Assembly: GCA_964640345.1 (NCBI GenBank)
Contig: CAZXFU010000010.1
Span: 1-27,272 of the forward strand
Length of the DNA: 27,272 nt
Source: an uncultured Eubacteriales bacterium
GTDB lineage: Bacteria > Bacillota > Clostridia > TANB77 > RGIG9151
Direction: 5' to 3'
Positions within the stretch are counted from its first letter, which is position 1. Each line of letters opens with the position of its first letter. The translations under genes and the position numbers were made by a program. The notes beneath the pieces are model-generated. The model saw only the letters and a program-made list of their open reading frames with translations. It did no database searches and was not told the DNA's origin. Positions 1-7,110 of this stretch are shown piece after piece.

Positions 1-70
1 CAACCCCAAAAATAATCAATACCACAGTAAACAATGTATAATCAAAAGGTTTTAACTTAGATTTCATCAT
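1..70 (-). CDS. SEDS-family (FtsW/RodA/SpoVE-like) protein, first 23 codons only; continues past window start
   Basis: The reverse complement of 1..70 reads MMKSKLKPFDYTLFTVVLIIFGV: a short basic N-terminus followed by a hydrophobic TM1. A GGAG SD lies at 74..77 (rc). The position directly after mraY is typical for ftsW/spoVE. The fragment is too short for a firm call. Confidence 0.45.
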   Translation of the reverse strand, partial: MMKSKLKPFDYTLFTVVLIIFGV

Positions 71-98
71 ATTCTCCTTTCGCCATTTATTCTAAAAC

Positions 99-1115
99 CT
101 ACATTATAATAAATGCGATAACAGCAAAAACTATGCTCCATAACCAAAAAGTCCAAACAATTTTTCTCTCACTCCAACCACTAAGCTCTAAGTGATGATG
201 AAGCGGTGCCATCTTAAAGACCCTTTTCCCGTGACTTAATTTAAAATATACAACCTGAATAATGTCAGAAAGTGCCTCGATAACACAAATACCGGCAACT
301 ATAAAAAGAAGTAACGGCACTTGTAAAACTAACGAAACAGCACCAATTGCACCACCCAGTGCAAGCGAACCTGTATCACCCATAAAAACCATCGCCGGAT
401 TAATATTATACACTAAAAACGCCAAGCACGCCCCTGTAACAATAGCAGAGAAAATCATAGCTGCCGTATTTCCTAAAGCAATCGAAATAACCGTAAAAAA
501 AGTCATAATTATAACAGTAATACCTGTTGCTAAGCCGTCTAAACCATCGGTAATATTAACAACATTCGTAGTAGAAATAAGAACAAGTATAGAAAACGGC
601 ACAAAGAAATAGTAGCCGATGTCAATAAACTGCCTCGAAAAAGATACAAATGGAATATAAGGCAGATACGTTTCTGTTCCGATTCCAAGCTGCGTAAGAA
701 TATACGCCGTAAAAACACCTGAAACTATCAAAAGCAAAATCATCTTTTGCCAAGCCTTAAGTCCAAGTGAACGACCTTTTTTAGTTTTTATGTAATCATC
801 AATAAATCCTACAAATCCGAAAGCCAAAGTAACAAACAAAAGTCCGAATAATGTCCCTTTTCCCATAGCACTCTTAATTATTGCCATAATAGCAGTAAAA
901 GTAATTCCGGCTAAAAAAATCAACCCGCCCATACTCGGAGTTCCCTCTTTTTTCAAGTGACTCTCCGGTCCATCATTTCTTACATGTTGACTAACATGAA
1001 ATTTTTTTAGCAAATTTAAAATTAAAATTCCGAAAATCCATGTAACAAAAAATGCAGCAATCAAATATTTTACCTGAGGTGTTAAAATAGAATTTATTAA
1101 TGTCCTTAAACCCAT
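99..1115 (-). CDS. mraY: Phospho-N-acetylmuramoyl-pentapeptide transferase
   Basis: 338-aa polytopic membrane protein with MraY hallmarks (GTPSMGG, NxxNxTDGLDG, MGDTGSLxLGG, PLHHHLE). It lies in dcw context after murE. Confidence 0.95.
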   Translation of the reverse strand: MGLRTLINSILTPQVKYLIAAFFVTWIFGILILNLLKKFHVSQHVRNDGPESHLKKEGTPSMGGLIFLAGITFTAIMAIIKSAMGKGTLFGLLFVTLAFGFVGFIDDYIKTKKGRSLGLKAWQKMILLLIVSGVFTAYILTQLGIGTETYLPYIPFVSFSRQFIDIGYYFFVPFSILVLISTTNVVNITDGLDGLATGITVIIMTFFTVISIALGNTAAMIFSAIVTGACLAFLVYNINPAMVFMGDTGSLALGGAIGAVSLVLQVPLLLFIVAGICVIEALSDIIQVVYFKLSHGKRVFKMAPLHHHLELSGWSERKIVWTFWLWSIVFAVIAFIIM

Positions 1116-1141
1116 ACAATTTCCGCCCTTCTCTAGCTTCC

Positions 1142-2587
1142 CTACTTAGTCTCTTTTAATCTATTATACTGAATTTTAACCTGTTCTCTGTCATCAAAAT
1201 GTATAGTCTTATCGCCTAAAATCTGGTAAGTTTCATGCCCTTTACCCGCAATGACTATAACATCATCTTTTTCAGCAATTGATAAAGCTTTAAAAATAGC
1301 CTCTGCCCTATCACTAACTCTAAAATATTCTTTATCTATATGTTTTAGTCCTTCTTCAATTTCAGAAATAATTTCATCCGGATTCTCACTTCTCGGATTA
1401 TCTGACGTAACAATAGAAATATCCGCAAGTTTTCCGGAAATCTCTCCCATAATATGTCTCTTAGTTTTATCTCTGTCTCCGCCACATCCAAATACACAAA
1501 TAATTCTTCCCTTTGCGTATTCACGAGTCGCCAACAAAATATTTTTTAAACTATCAGGCGAATGGGCATAATCAACCATAACGGTAAAATCTGTCCCGAT
1601 ATCAATAATTTCTGAACGCCCAGGTACAACCAAATTATCAAACCCACGTTGAATTTCATCATGAGTACACCCAAACTCATATCCAACAGCAATACCCGAA
1701 AGTGCATTATACACAGAAAACTTACCGGGTATTTTTACTGCAAATTTTTCGCTATTATCAAAAAAAGTAACATTTTGAGCAGAAACTTCAAAATTATCTG
1801 CCTTAATATCTGCAAAAGAATCTATCGCAAACGACTTCTTATCACATATAATTTCATCAAAAAGCCTTCTGCCATAATTATCATCAACATTTACTATTGC
1901 TTTTTTACACATTGAAAATAAACGTTTTTTAGCCTGGTAGTAATTCTCAAAATTTTTATGATAATCCATATGATCCTGACTTAAATTTGTAAAAACAGCA
2001 ATATCAAAATCACTTCCGTAAACTCTATCTAAGTCAAGTGCATGCGACGAAACTTCCATCACGACAGCATCAACATTTTCGTCTGCCATCTTTGAAAAAA
2101 GTCTCTGAAGTCCGATTGCATCAGGCGTCGTGTTACTTGAAGCCATAAGTTGTATTTCACCGATTTTCGCCTCAATTGTTCCTATAATTCCGACCTTAAG
2201 TCCTTTTTCTTCTAAAACAGACTTAATCATATACGTTGTTGTCGTTTTCCCCTTAGTTCCGGTAACACCCACTAATTTAAACTTTTTAGAAGGATTATCG
2301 AAGAAATTGCAGGCAATCTTTGCAATTCCTTTTCTGGTAGCCTCAATTCTAACAAATTTTTCATTATTTAAAAATTTCATTTCTTTTTGCGTTATTAGAA
2401 TCTTTGCCCCGGCATTAATCGCATCTTTTATATATAAATGACCATCAAATTTCGTACCTTCTAGGCAAATAAACGCCGAATCTTTAAAAACCTTCCGTGA
2501 ATCGCCTGTAATATCCGCTACTTCTTCGTCTAAGCTAACATTCAAATCTAAAATTTTAACATCTTTTAAAATATCACGTAACTTCAT
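1142..2587 (-). CDS. murE: UDP-MurNAc-L-Ala-D-Glu--2,6-diaminopimelate ligase
   Basis: Mur ligase motifs are present: GVTGTKGKTTT P-loop, DYAHSPDS, and the DNPR motif (SDNPRSE) typical of meso-DAP-adding MurE. Start trimmed to ATG 2587 (MKLRDIL), which is preceded by AGGAGA. The track start at 2602 is a GTG lying inside the SD. Confidence 0.93.
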   Translation of the reverse strand: MKLRDILKDVKILDLNVSLDEEVADITGDSRKVFKDSAFICLEGTKFDGHLYIKDAINAGAKILITQKEMKFLNNEKFVRIEATRKGIAKIACNFFDNPSKKFKLVGVTGTKGKTTTTYMIKSVLEEKGLKVGIIGTIEAKIGEIQLMASSNTTPDAIGLQRLFSKMADENVDAVVMEVSSHALDLDRVYGSDFDIAVFTNLSQDHMDYHKNFENYYQAKKRLFSMCKKAIVNVDDNYGRRLFDEIICDKKSFAIDSFADIKADNFEVSAQNVTFFDNSEKFAVKIPGKFSVYNALSGIAVGYEFGCTHDEIQRGFDNLVVPGRSEIIDIGTDFTVMVDYAHSPDSLKNILLATREYAKGRIICVFGCGGDRDKTKRHIMGEISGKLADISIVTSDNPRSENPDEIISEIEEGLKHIDKEYFRVSDRAEAIFKALSIAEKDDVIVIAGKGHETYQILGDKTIHFDDREQVKIQYNRLKETK

Positions 2588-2608
2588 AGCTACTCTCCTC
2601 ACAATAAT

Positions 2609-4756
2609 TTAGTCAACCTCTGTAATCTTAAATTTAACATTGACTATACTTCCACGCTCAGCTTTTGTACCCGCTGCAGGGCTTTGCGAAGCTGCCGTTC
2701 CAAGTCCTTCTATGTTAATATTAAGTCCAACATTTTTAAGTAATGTTGTAGCTTCATCTGCCGTTTTTCCGTAAACATTCGGAACCGTAACAGTAACTCT
2801 ATCTGCATCAGCCTCAGTATATAAAATTATAGTTGAATTTTCAAGTACTTCAACGTTTGGCTTAGGAATCTGGTCCTGAATCGTAACCGTATCATTTGAC
2901 TCCCCATTAATATGAAACTTCAATCCTGCTTCTTTTAACTTAGCTTTGGCATCTGTTATAGTAAGGCCTCTAACCTCAGGCACAATAACACCTGTATTTT
3001 CGCCGGTCTCGTTTGGCTGTATTTGTAAATATCTCATTGTATCGCCAATAATATTTTTTACAACCGGTGCAGCAATCGCACCACCACCATGGCTTGCACC
3101 TTTCGGATCAAAAAGTGCAACTAAAACTGAAATTTCAGGATTATTTGCGGGAGCGATACCGACAAATGACGCTACATACCATGTATTATCTCCTGTCCCT
3201 TGTTCTGCGGTTCCTGTCTTTCCTCCGACATTATACCCTTCAATATACGCATTTCCACCTGTTCCCTCAGAAACAACATACTCCATCATGCTTCTTACTT
3301 GCTCTGACGTTTGCTTTGAAATAACCTGTCTTACAACCGTCGGCTCATTTTTGCTAAGCACATTTCCCTCAGAATCCCTTATTTCTTTAACAACTCTAGG
3401 TTCCATAAGCTTTCCGTCATTTGCAACAGCAGAAATAGCGGTAATAAGTTCAATCGGCGTAACTTGGAATCTTTGACCGAAAGATGTTGTTGCAAGCTCT
3501 GCGTCTTTAACATTTTGAATTGAATGGAAAATACCGCTTGCCTCTCCCGGCAAATCAATTCCTGTTTTCTCAGTAAGCCCAAAAGCTTCAATATATTTAT
3601 AAAAAATCTCTTTACCCATTTTTAAACCAATTTGTATAAAAGCAGGGTTACAAGAATTTCCTAAACATTCCTGAACGCTTTGAAGTCCATGAGGTCTATA
3701 GTATCTCCAACATTTCATTCTGGCGCCGCCTGCTAAATATGAACCTGTGCAAACAAACTGACTGTTTGCATCGATTGTGCCGGAATCAAGTGCAGAGCTT
3801 AGAGTGATTACCTTAAAAGTCGAACCCGGTTCATATGTATCGGAAACAGCCATATTTCTCCATATCGACTCTCTTATCTTCTTTTTCTCAGCCGACTCCA
3901 TCGTACTCCATGTTTCTTCCTGCTCGACTGTATACGGTCCAAACGCATTATTCGGATCAAAATCAGGTGCAACCGCCATAGCCAAAACATCTCCGGTAGA
4001 CGGCTTCATAACGATCGCAACTCCACCTTTGTTACAATCGTTATCAATAACTGCCTGTTTTAAATATTTCTCAGTAAAATATTGAATTGATGAATCTATC
4101 GTAAGCACTAAATCTCTTCCGTTTTGAGGTGCATAATATTCTTCTGAACTAAAAGGGATATCATTTCCCTTTCCGTCCGTCTCAGAAATAACCCTTCCCG
4201 GTATCCCTGTTAAAATATCCTCATAAGTTTTTTCTATTCCGTAAAGCCCTTGGTTATCTGTACCAACGAAACCTAAAACATGAGAAGCAAGGTTATTATT
4301 AGGATAATAACGCTTTGTTGACTCATCAATTTTTACCCCGTTTGTCTTTGTTTCGCTTATCCACTCTCTTAAAACATCTGTAATTTCTTTTTCAACATTT
4401 TTCGCAATAGTAACCAAATTTGAGTTTGATGTTACCTTTTCATAAACCTCGTCATAATTAAGAGCAAGCAAATCAACTAATTTCTGAGACAACTCTGCAG
4501 GATTTTTTACTTGTGCCGGCGTAACGCTAATCGTCTCCATAGAAGCACTAATCGCTAAAACCTTCCCGTCAGACGAATAAATTGTTCCTCTGGCGGAATT
4601 AATAGTTCTATCTCGCGTCTGCTGATCATATGCCATCTCTTGAAGTCTCGAACTATCTATAGCCTGAACCCATATAAGCCTTACAACAAGTAAAGCGGCA
4701 ACCGCTACAACACCCACAAATAAAATCAAAATCCTCTTTCTGTTACTTAATTTCAT
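2609..4756 (-). CDS. Class B penicillin-binding protein (FtsI/PBP2B/SpoVD family) with two C-terminal PASTA domains
   Basis: Contains an N-terminal TM anchor and the transpeptidase motifs STFK, SCN and KTGT. Two PASTA-like repeats occur at the C-terminus (VPEVRGLTITDAKAKLKEAGL..., VPNVYGKTADEATTLLKNVGL...). Start is probably ATG 4756 (MKLSNRKRILILF); the SD is weak, so the start is uncertain. Confidence 0.88.
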   Translation of the reverse strand: MKLSNRKRILILFVGVVAVAALLVVRLIWVQAIDSSRLQEMAYDQQTRDRTINSARGTIYSSDGKVLAISASMETISVTPAQVKNPAELSQKLVDLLALNYDEVYEKVTSNSNLVTIAKNVEKEITDVLREWISETKTNGVKIDESTKRYYPNNNLASHVLGFVGTDNQGLYGIEKTYEDILTGIPGRVISETDGKGNDIPFSSEEYYAPQNGRDLVLTIDSSIQYFTEKYLKQAVIDNDCNKGGVAIVMKPSTGDVLAMAVAPDFDPNNAFGPYTVEQEETWSTMESAEKKKIRESIWRNMAVSDTYEPGSTFKVITLSSALDSGTIDANSQFVCTGSYLAGGARMKCWRYYRPHGLQSVQECLGNSCNPAFIQIGLKMGKEIFYKYIEAFGLTEKTGIDLPGEASGIFHSIQNVKDAELATTSFGQRFQVTPIELITAISAVANDGKLMEPRVVKEIRDSEGNVLSKNEPTVVRQVISKQTSEQVRSMMEYVVSEGTGGNAYIEGYNVGGKTGTAEQGTGDNTWYVASFVGIAPANNPEISVLVALFDPKGASHGGGAIAAPVVKNIIGDTMRYLQIQPNETGENTGVIVPEVRGLTITDAKAKLKEAGLKFHINGESNDTVTIQDQIPKPNVEVLENSTIILYTEADADRVTVTVPNVYGKTADEATTLLKNVGLNINIEGLGTAASQSPAAGTKAERGSIVNVKFKITEVD

Positions 4757-4863
4757 ATCTTTTCTTGCCAACCAAAAACACATCCCTTCGTTACTTTGCA
4801 AATTAACGACGAAAGTCACAAAAATCTCCATAATTAACAAATAAGGAAAATCAAAGATTTTCC

Positions 4864-5331
4864 TTATTCAAAAAATTCAACTATACTTAATAATATTTCT
4901 TTTATACCTTTTTTATTCTCAGATACCACTTTATTATCTATTAAATCCTCTTTATCTACATTAATATACTCTATTTGGTAGTTTTGAGGCTTTTGAAATC
5001 CCAAATTATTTTTTGCATATTCTTCAATTTCACTTAAGTTAATCTGTTTCTCAGCAACAAGTTGTAGCTGTGCGTTAACATTACTCGTAGTCTCAAGCTC
5101 TTTCTTAAGACTTATATTTTCCATATTCATATTGTTTATCATTGCATATCTTAACATAATAGTAAGTGCAACTGCGAAAATAGAAATACCTAAAAAAACG
5201 TTTGCTTTATTTTTCTTTTTTACCTTTGGAATAGCTTTAGGTGCCTTTTTTTTAACCTCTTTAACAGGTTGCTTCGGCACTGCTTTATACTCTTCAAAAT
5301 AATAATCATCTTCTTGCCTAAGCGGTGCCAT
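4864..5331 (-). CDS. ftsL: Cell division protein FtsL-like (bitopic, coiled-coil)
   Basis: 155-aa protein with a Lys-rich cytoplasmic N-terminus, a single TM (VFLGISIFAVALTIML) and a coiled-coil segment. It occupies the canonical slot between rsmH and the class B PBP. AGGAGGG SD precedes the ATG. Confidence 0.65.
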   Translation of the reverse strand: MAPLRQEDDYYFEEYKAVPKQPVKEVKKKAPKAIPKVKKKNKANVFLGISIFAVALTIMLRYAMINNMNMENISLKKELETTSNVNAQLQLVAEKQINLSEIEEYAKNNLGFQKPQNYQIEYINVDKEDLIDNKVVSENKKGIKEILLSIVEFFE

Positions 5332-5365
5332 AACAACCCTCCTTAAAAAATCTCGTATTACGTAA

Positions 5366-5396
5366 AAACAGGAGAATACAAAAGCTTCTCCTGTTT
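5366..5396 (-). terminator. Terminator-like or attenuator hairpin about 30 nt upstream of the ftsL start
   Basis: On the minus strand: AAACAGGAGAA-GCTTTTGTA-TTCTCCTGTTT followed by TTACG. This is an 11-bp stem with a 9-nt loop, and U residues run from the 3' arm onward. Confidence 0.4.
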
Positions 5397-5576
5397 GTTC
5401 ATCATTAGTAAATATTTCTAAAATCCTCTTTTGTAATTACCTTTAATGGCTTTTCTTAAGTATCTTTTCTTATTTTTCTTTTGTAAATTTTATAGGATAT
5501 TTATCTTTTGTGTTTTAGTAAGGCTAGCCTTACTTCTTTTGTATATATGTTAAAAGGGGGATGCCCTTTAACAGTC

Positions 5577-6512
5577 TTAAATTTTTTCTGCAACTCTTAG
5601 CTTTGCACTATGAGCCCTTATATTCTCATCCAATTCAACACCCGAAGGTAATATCGGCTTTTTACTTAAAATGTTTACGATTTTTTTACCATTACATACA
5701 CATTTAGGAAAATCCGGCGGACACTTGCACCCTCTAGCTGCTTCATTAAAGACATCCTTCACGATCCTGTCCTCAAGTGAATGGAAACTAATAATACATA
5801 TCCTTCCACCGCTCTTTAAGCAGTCAATTGCATCTTCAACTGATTTCTTTAACGTATCAATTTCTCCATTTACCTCAATTCTGATTGCCTGGAAAATACG
5901 CTTTGCAGGGTGACCACCGTCTGCCCTGGCACCGGCAGGAATTGCGGCTTTAATAATATCTACGAGTTCAAATGTAGTCGAAATCGGCTTATTTTTTCGC
6001 TCGTTTACGATAAACTCAGCAACCCTCGATGCCCATTTTTCTTCGCCGTAATCTCTAAAAATTCTAATTAATTCATCTTTAGTATATTGGTTTACCACAT
6101 CTTTTGCGGTAATTTTATCTTCTGTACACATCCGCATATCAAGGGTCGCATCATAACGATAACTAAACCCTCTTTCCAGATTGTCGAGTTGGTAGGAAGA
6201 CACGCCTAAATCAAGCAAAATCCCATCAACCTTTTCTACCCTCAAATTCTTTAAAACGTCTTTAATATTCTTATAATTATCATTAACCAAATTAACAGTA
6301 GTTTTTACACCTTTTAGTCTCTCACGCGACACATTAATCGCTTCAATATCTCTGTCAATTCCGATTAACATTCCTTTTTCGTTTAACAATTTCGCAATCT
6401 CCAGAGAGTGTCCCGCACCGCCGAGTGTTCCGTCCAAGTAAACCCCATCAGGTCTAATCGAAAGATTTTCAATACACTCATGTAATAAAACCGGTTTATG
6501 CAAAAATTCCAT
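5577..6512 (-). CDS. rsmH: 16S rRNA (cytosine1402-N4)-methyltransferase
   Basis: 311-aa protein with the MraW/RsmH signature ([39 protein letters not shown]). It directly follows mraZ. Confidence 0.95.
   Translation of the reverse strand: MEFLHKPVLLHECIENLSIRPDGVYLDGTLGGAGHSLEIAKLLNEKGMLIGIDRDIEAINVSRERLKGVKTTVNLVNDNYKNIKDVLKNLRVEKVDGILLDLGVSSYQLDNLERGFSYRYDATLDMRMCTEDKITAKDVVNQYTKDELIRIFRDYGEEKWASRVAEFIVNERKNKPISTTFELVDIIKAAIPAGARADGGHPAKRIFQAIRIEVNGEIDTLKKSVEDAIDCLKSGGRICIISFHSLEDRIVKDVFNEAARGCKCPPDFPKCVCNGKKIVNILSKKPILPSGVELDENIRAHSAKLRVAEKI
5651..5677 (-). promoter_or_regulatory. Perfect sigma-D/sigma-28-type promoter match inside the 3' end of rsmH
   Basis: The minus strand reads TAAA-cattttaagtaaaaa-GCCGATAT. 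The -35 is the rc of 5674..5677, the spacer is exactly 15 nt, and the -10 is the rc of 5651..5658. This equals the B. subtilis SigD consensus TAAA-N15-GCCGATAT. It points toward ftsL. Confidence 0.45.
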
Positions 6513-6542
6513 AGTAACACCCCTCAGCCGGCCGTATAAGGA

Positions 6543-6974
6543 CTAAATACCAAGTTCAGCCATCTTCTCAGCCAGTACGTCCGCTTCCAAATCTTCTGCC
6601 TCACTGTAGCTATCCCATTTTTCTTGGCTCCATAATTCAACTCTGGTTGAAACGCCAATAATAACAAGGTCCTTACTAAGTCCGGCATATTCGCGTAACA
6701 TCGGTGGTATCAATGTACGCCCCTGTTTATCAATTTCACATTCAACAGCTCCCGAGAAAAAAAATCTTACGAAAGCTCTTGCGTCCTTATTAGTAAGCGG
6801 GAGCTCTTTTATCTTATCTTCGAAGTTCGACCACTCTTGTTTTGAATAAGCGAAAAGGCAACCGTCTAAGCCTTTAGTCAAAACAAACTTATCCCCAAGA
6901 CCTTCTCTAAATTTAGCCGGGACAATAATTCTGCCTTTAACGTCTAAGCTATGTCTATATTCGCCTATGAACAA
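6543..6974 (-). CDS. mraZ: Transcriptional regulator MraZ
   Basis: Two SpoVT/AbrB-like halves are visible (DxKGRIxxP and DKQGRTLIP). Start trimmed to TTG 6974 ([11 protein letters not shown]), which is preceded by GGGGGTGA. The track's upstream ATG at 7007 would include the operator repeats. Confidence 0.92.
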   Translation of the reverse strand: MFIGEYRHSLDVKGRIIVPAKFREGLGDKFVLTKGLDGCLFAYSKQEWSNFEDKIKELPLTNKDARAFVRFFFSGAVECEIDKQGRTLIPPMLREYAGLSKDLVIIGVSTRVELWSQEKWDSYSEAEDLEADVLAEKMAELGI

Positions 6975-7003
6975 ACTTCTCACCCCCACAGTGGAATCTC
7001 GTA

Positions 7004-7028
7004 CCACTTCACTCCACTTTCAACCACT
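7004..7028 (-). promoter_or_regulatory. Putative MraZ operator: three AGTGG direct repeats at 10-bp spacing
   Basis: The minus strand reads AGTGGttgaaAGTGGagtgaAGTGG. The plus-strand CCACT copies are at 7004..7008, 7014..7018 and 7024..7028. A fourth copy at 7055..7059 lies between -35 and -10, and a GTGGG occurs just before the SD. The layout mirrors the E. coli MraZ site (three GTGGG repeats with 5-nt spacers). Confidence 0.6.
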
Positions 7029-7037
7029 TATGAGATA

Positions 7038-7066
7038 ATATTATCCTTTTTACTCCACTTTTGCAA
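7038..7066 (-). promoter_or_regulatory. Sigma-A-type promoter of the mraZ/dcw operon
   Basis: The minus strand shows TTGCAA (7066..7061), a 17-nt spacer and TAATAT (7043..7038). It sits immediately upstream of the repeat operator. Confidence 0.55.
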
Positions 7067-7070
7067 TATA

Positions 7071-7100
7071 TAAAACAAAAAATAGGTCTTTCGACCTATT
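7071..7100 (-). terminator. Intrinsic terminator after the Cys-rich protein gene
   Basis: On the minus strand: AATAGGTC-GAAA-GACCTATT followed by TTTTGTTTTA. It starts about 10 nt after the stop codon at 7111. Confidence 0.8.
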
Positions 7101-7110
7101 CTTTTTGTTC

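Noticed and set aside
1-2602. Absence of murF between murE and mraY, and of murD between mraY and the SEDS gene.
   Set aside because: dcw gene content varies among Firmicutes (B. subtilis also lacks murF here). The downstream gene is seen for only 23 codons. This is most likely ordinary lineage variation.
2946-3476. A 176-aa plus-strand ORF, and the many similar 60 to 116-aa ORFs in the track. Examples: 262..612, 1251..1571, 3777..4085, 7289..7630, 8033..8341, 17448..17777, 21857..22201, 25831..26097.
   Set aside because: All lie wholly inside, and antisense to, genes whose translations carry unambiguous family motifs. Their products are Ser/Ile/Phe/Leu-rich low-complexity strings typical of antisense frames in AT-rich DNA. 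I saw no SD sequences for them.
4365-4380. A DnaA-box-like TTATCCAC within the PBP gene.
   Set aside because: It is a single 8-mer inside coding sequence with no cluster, so it is not an origin.
5358-5405. A 15-codon minus-strand mini-ORF (MMNKQEKLLYSPVFT) overlapping the terminator-like hairpin, a possible leader peptide.
   Set aside because: The nearest purine-rich stretch (AGAGGA) is about 22 nt upstream, too far to serve as an SD. The peptide shows no codon bias suggestive of amino-acid attenuation. It is kept only as context for the spacer finding.
5446-5553. A 35-aa very hydrophobic plus-strand peptide (MAFLKYLFLFFFCKFYRIFIFCVLVRLALLLLYIC) in the rsmH-ftsL spacer, reminiscent of a type I toxin.
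   Set aside because: It has no SD upstream. The Phe/Leu richness is what a T-rich strand produces by composition. The only nearby plus-strand hairpin (GTAAGGCTAGCCTTAC) lies inside the ORF rather than after it.
6975-7007. N-terminal extensions in the ORF track: mraZ 6975..7007, PBP 4757..4840, murE 2588..2602, Cys-rich protein 9451..9468, flgE 11183..11209, glgB 18045..18080, smpB 20157..20174, VanW 15015..15020.
   Set aside because: The longest-ORF starts swallow the Shine-Dalgarno sequence, and for mraZ the operator as well. Downstream starts have properly spaced SDs and give canonical N-termini.
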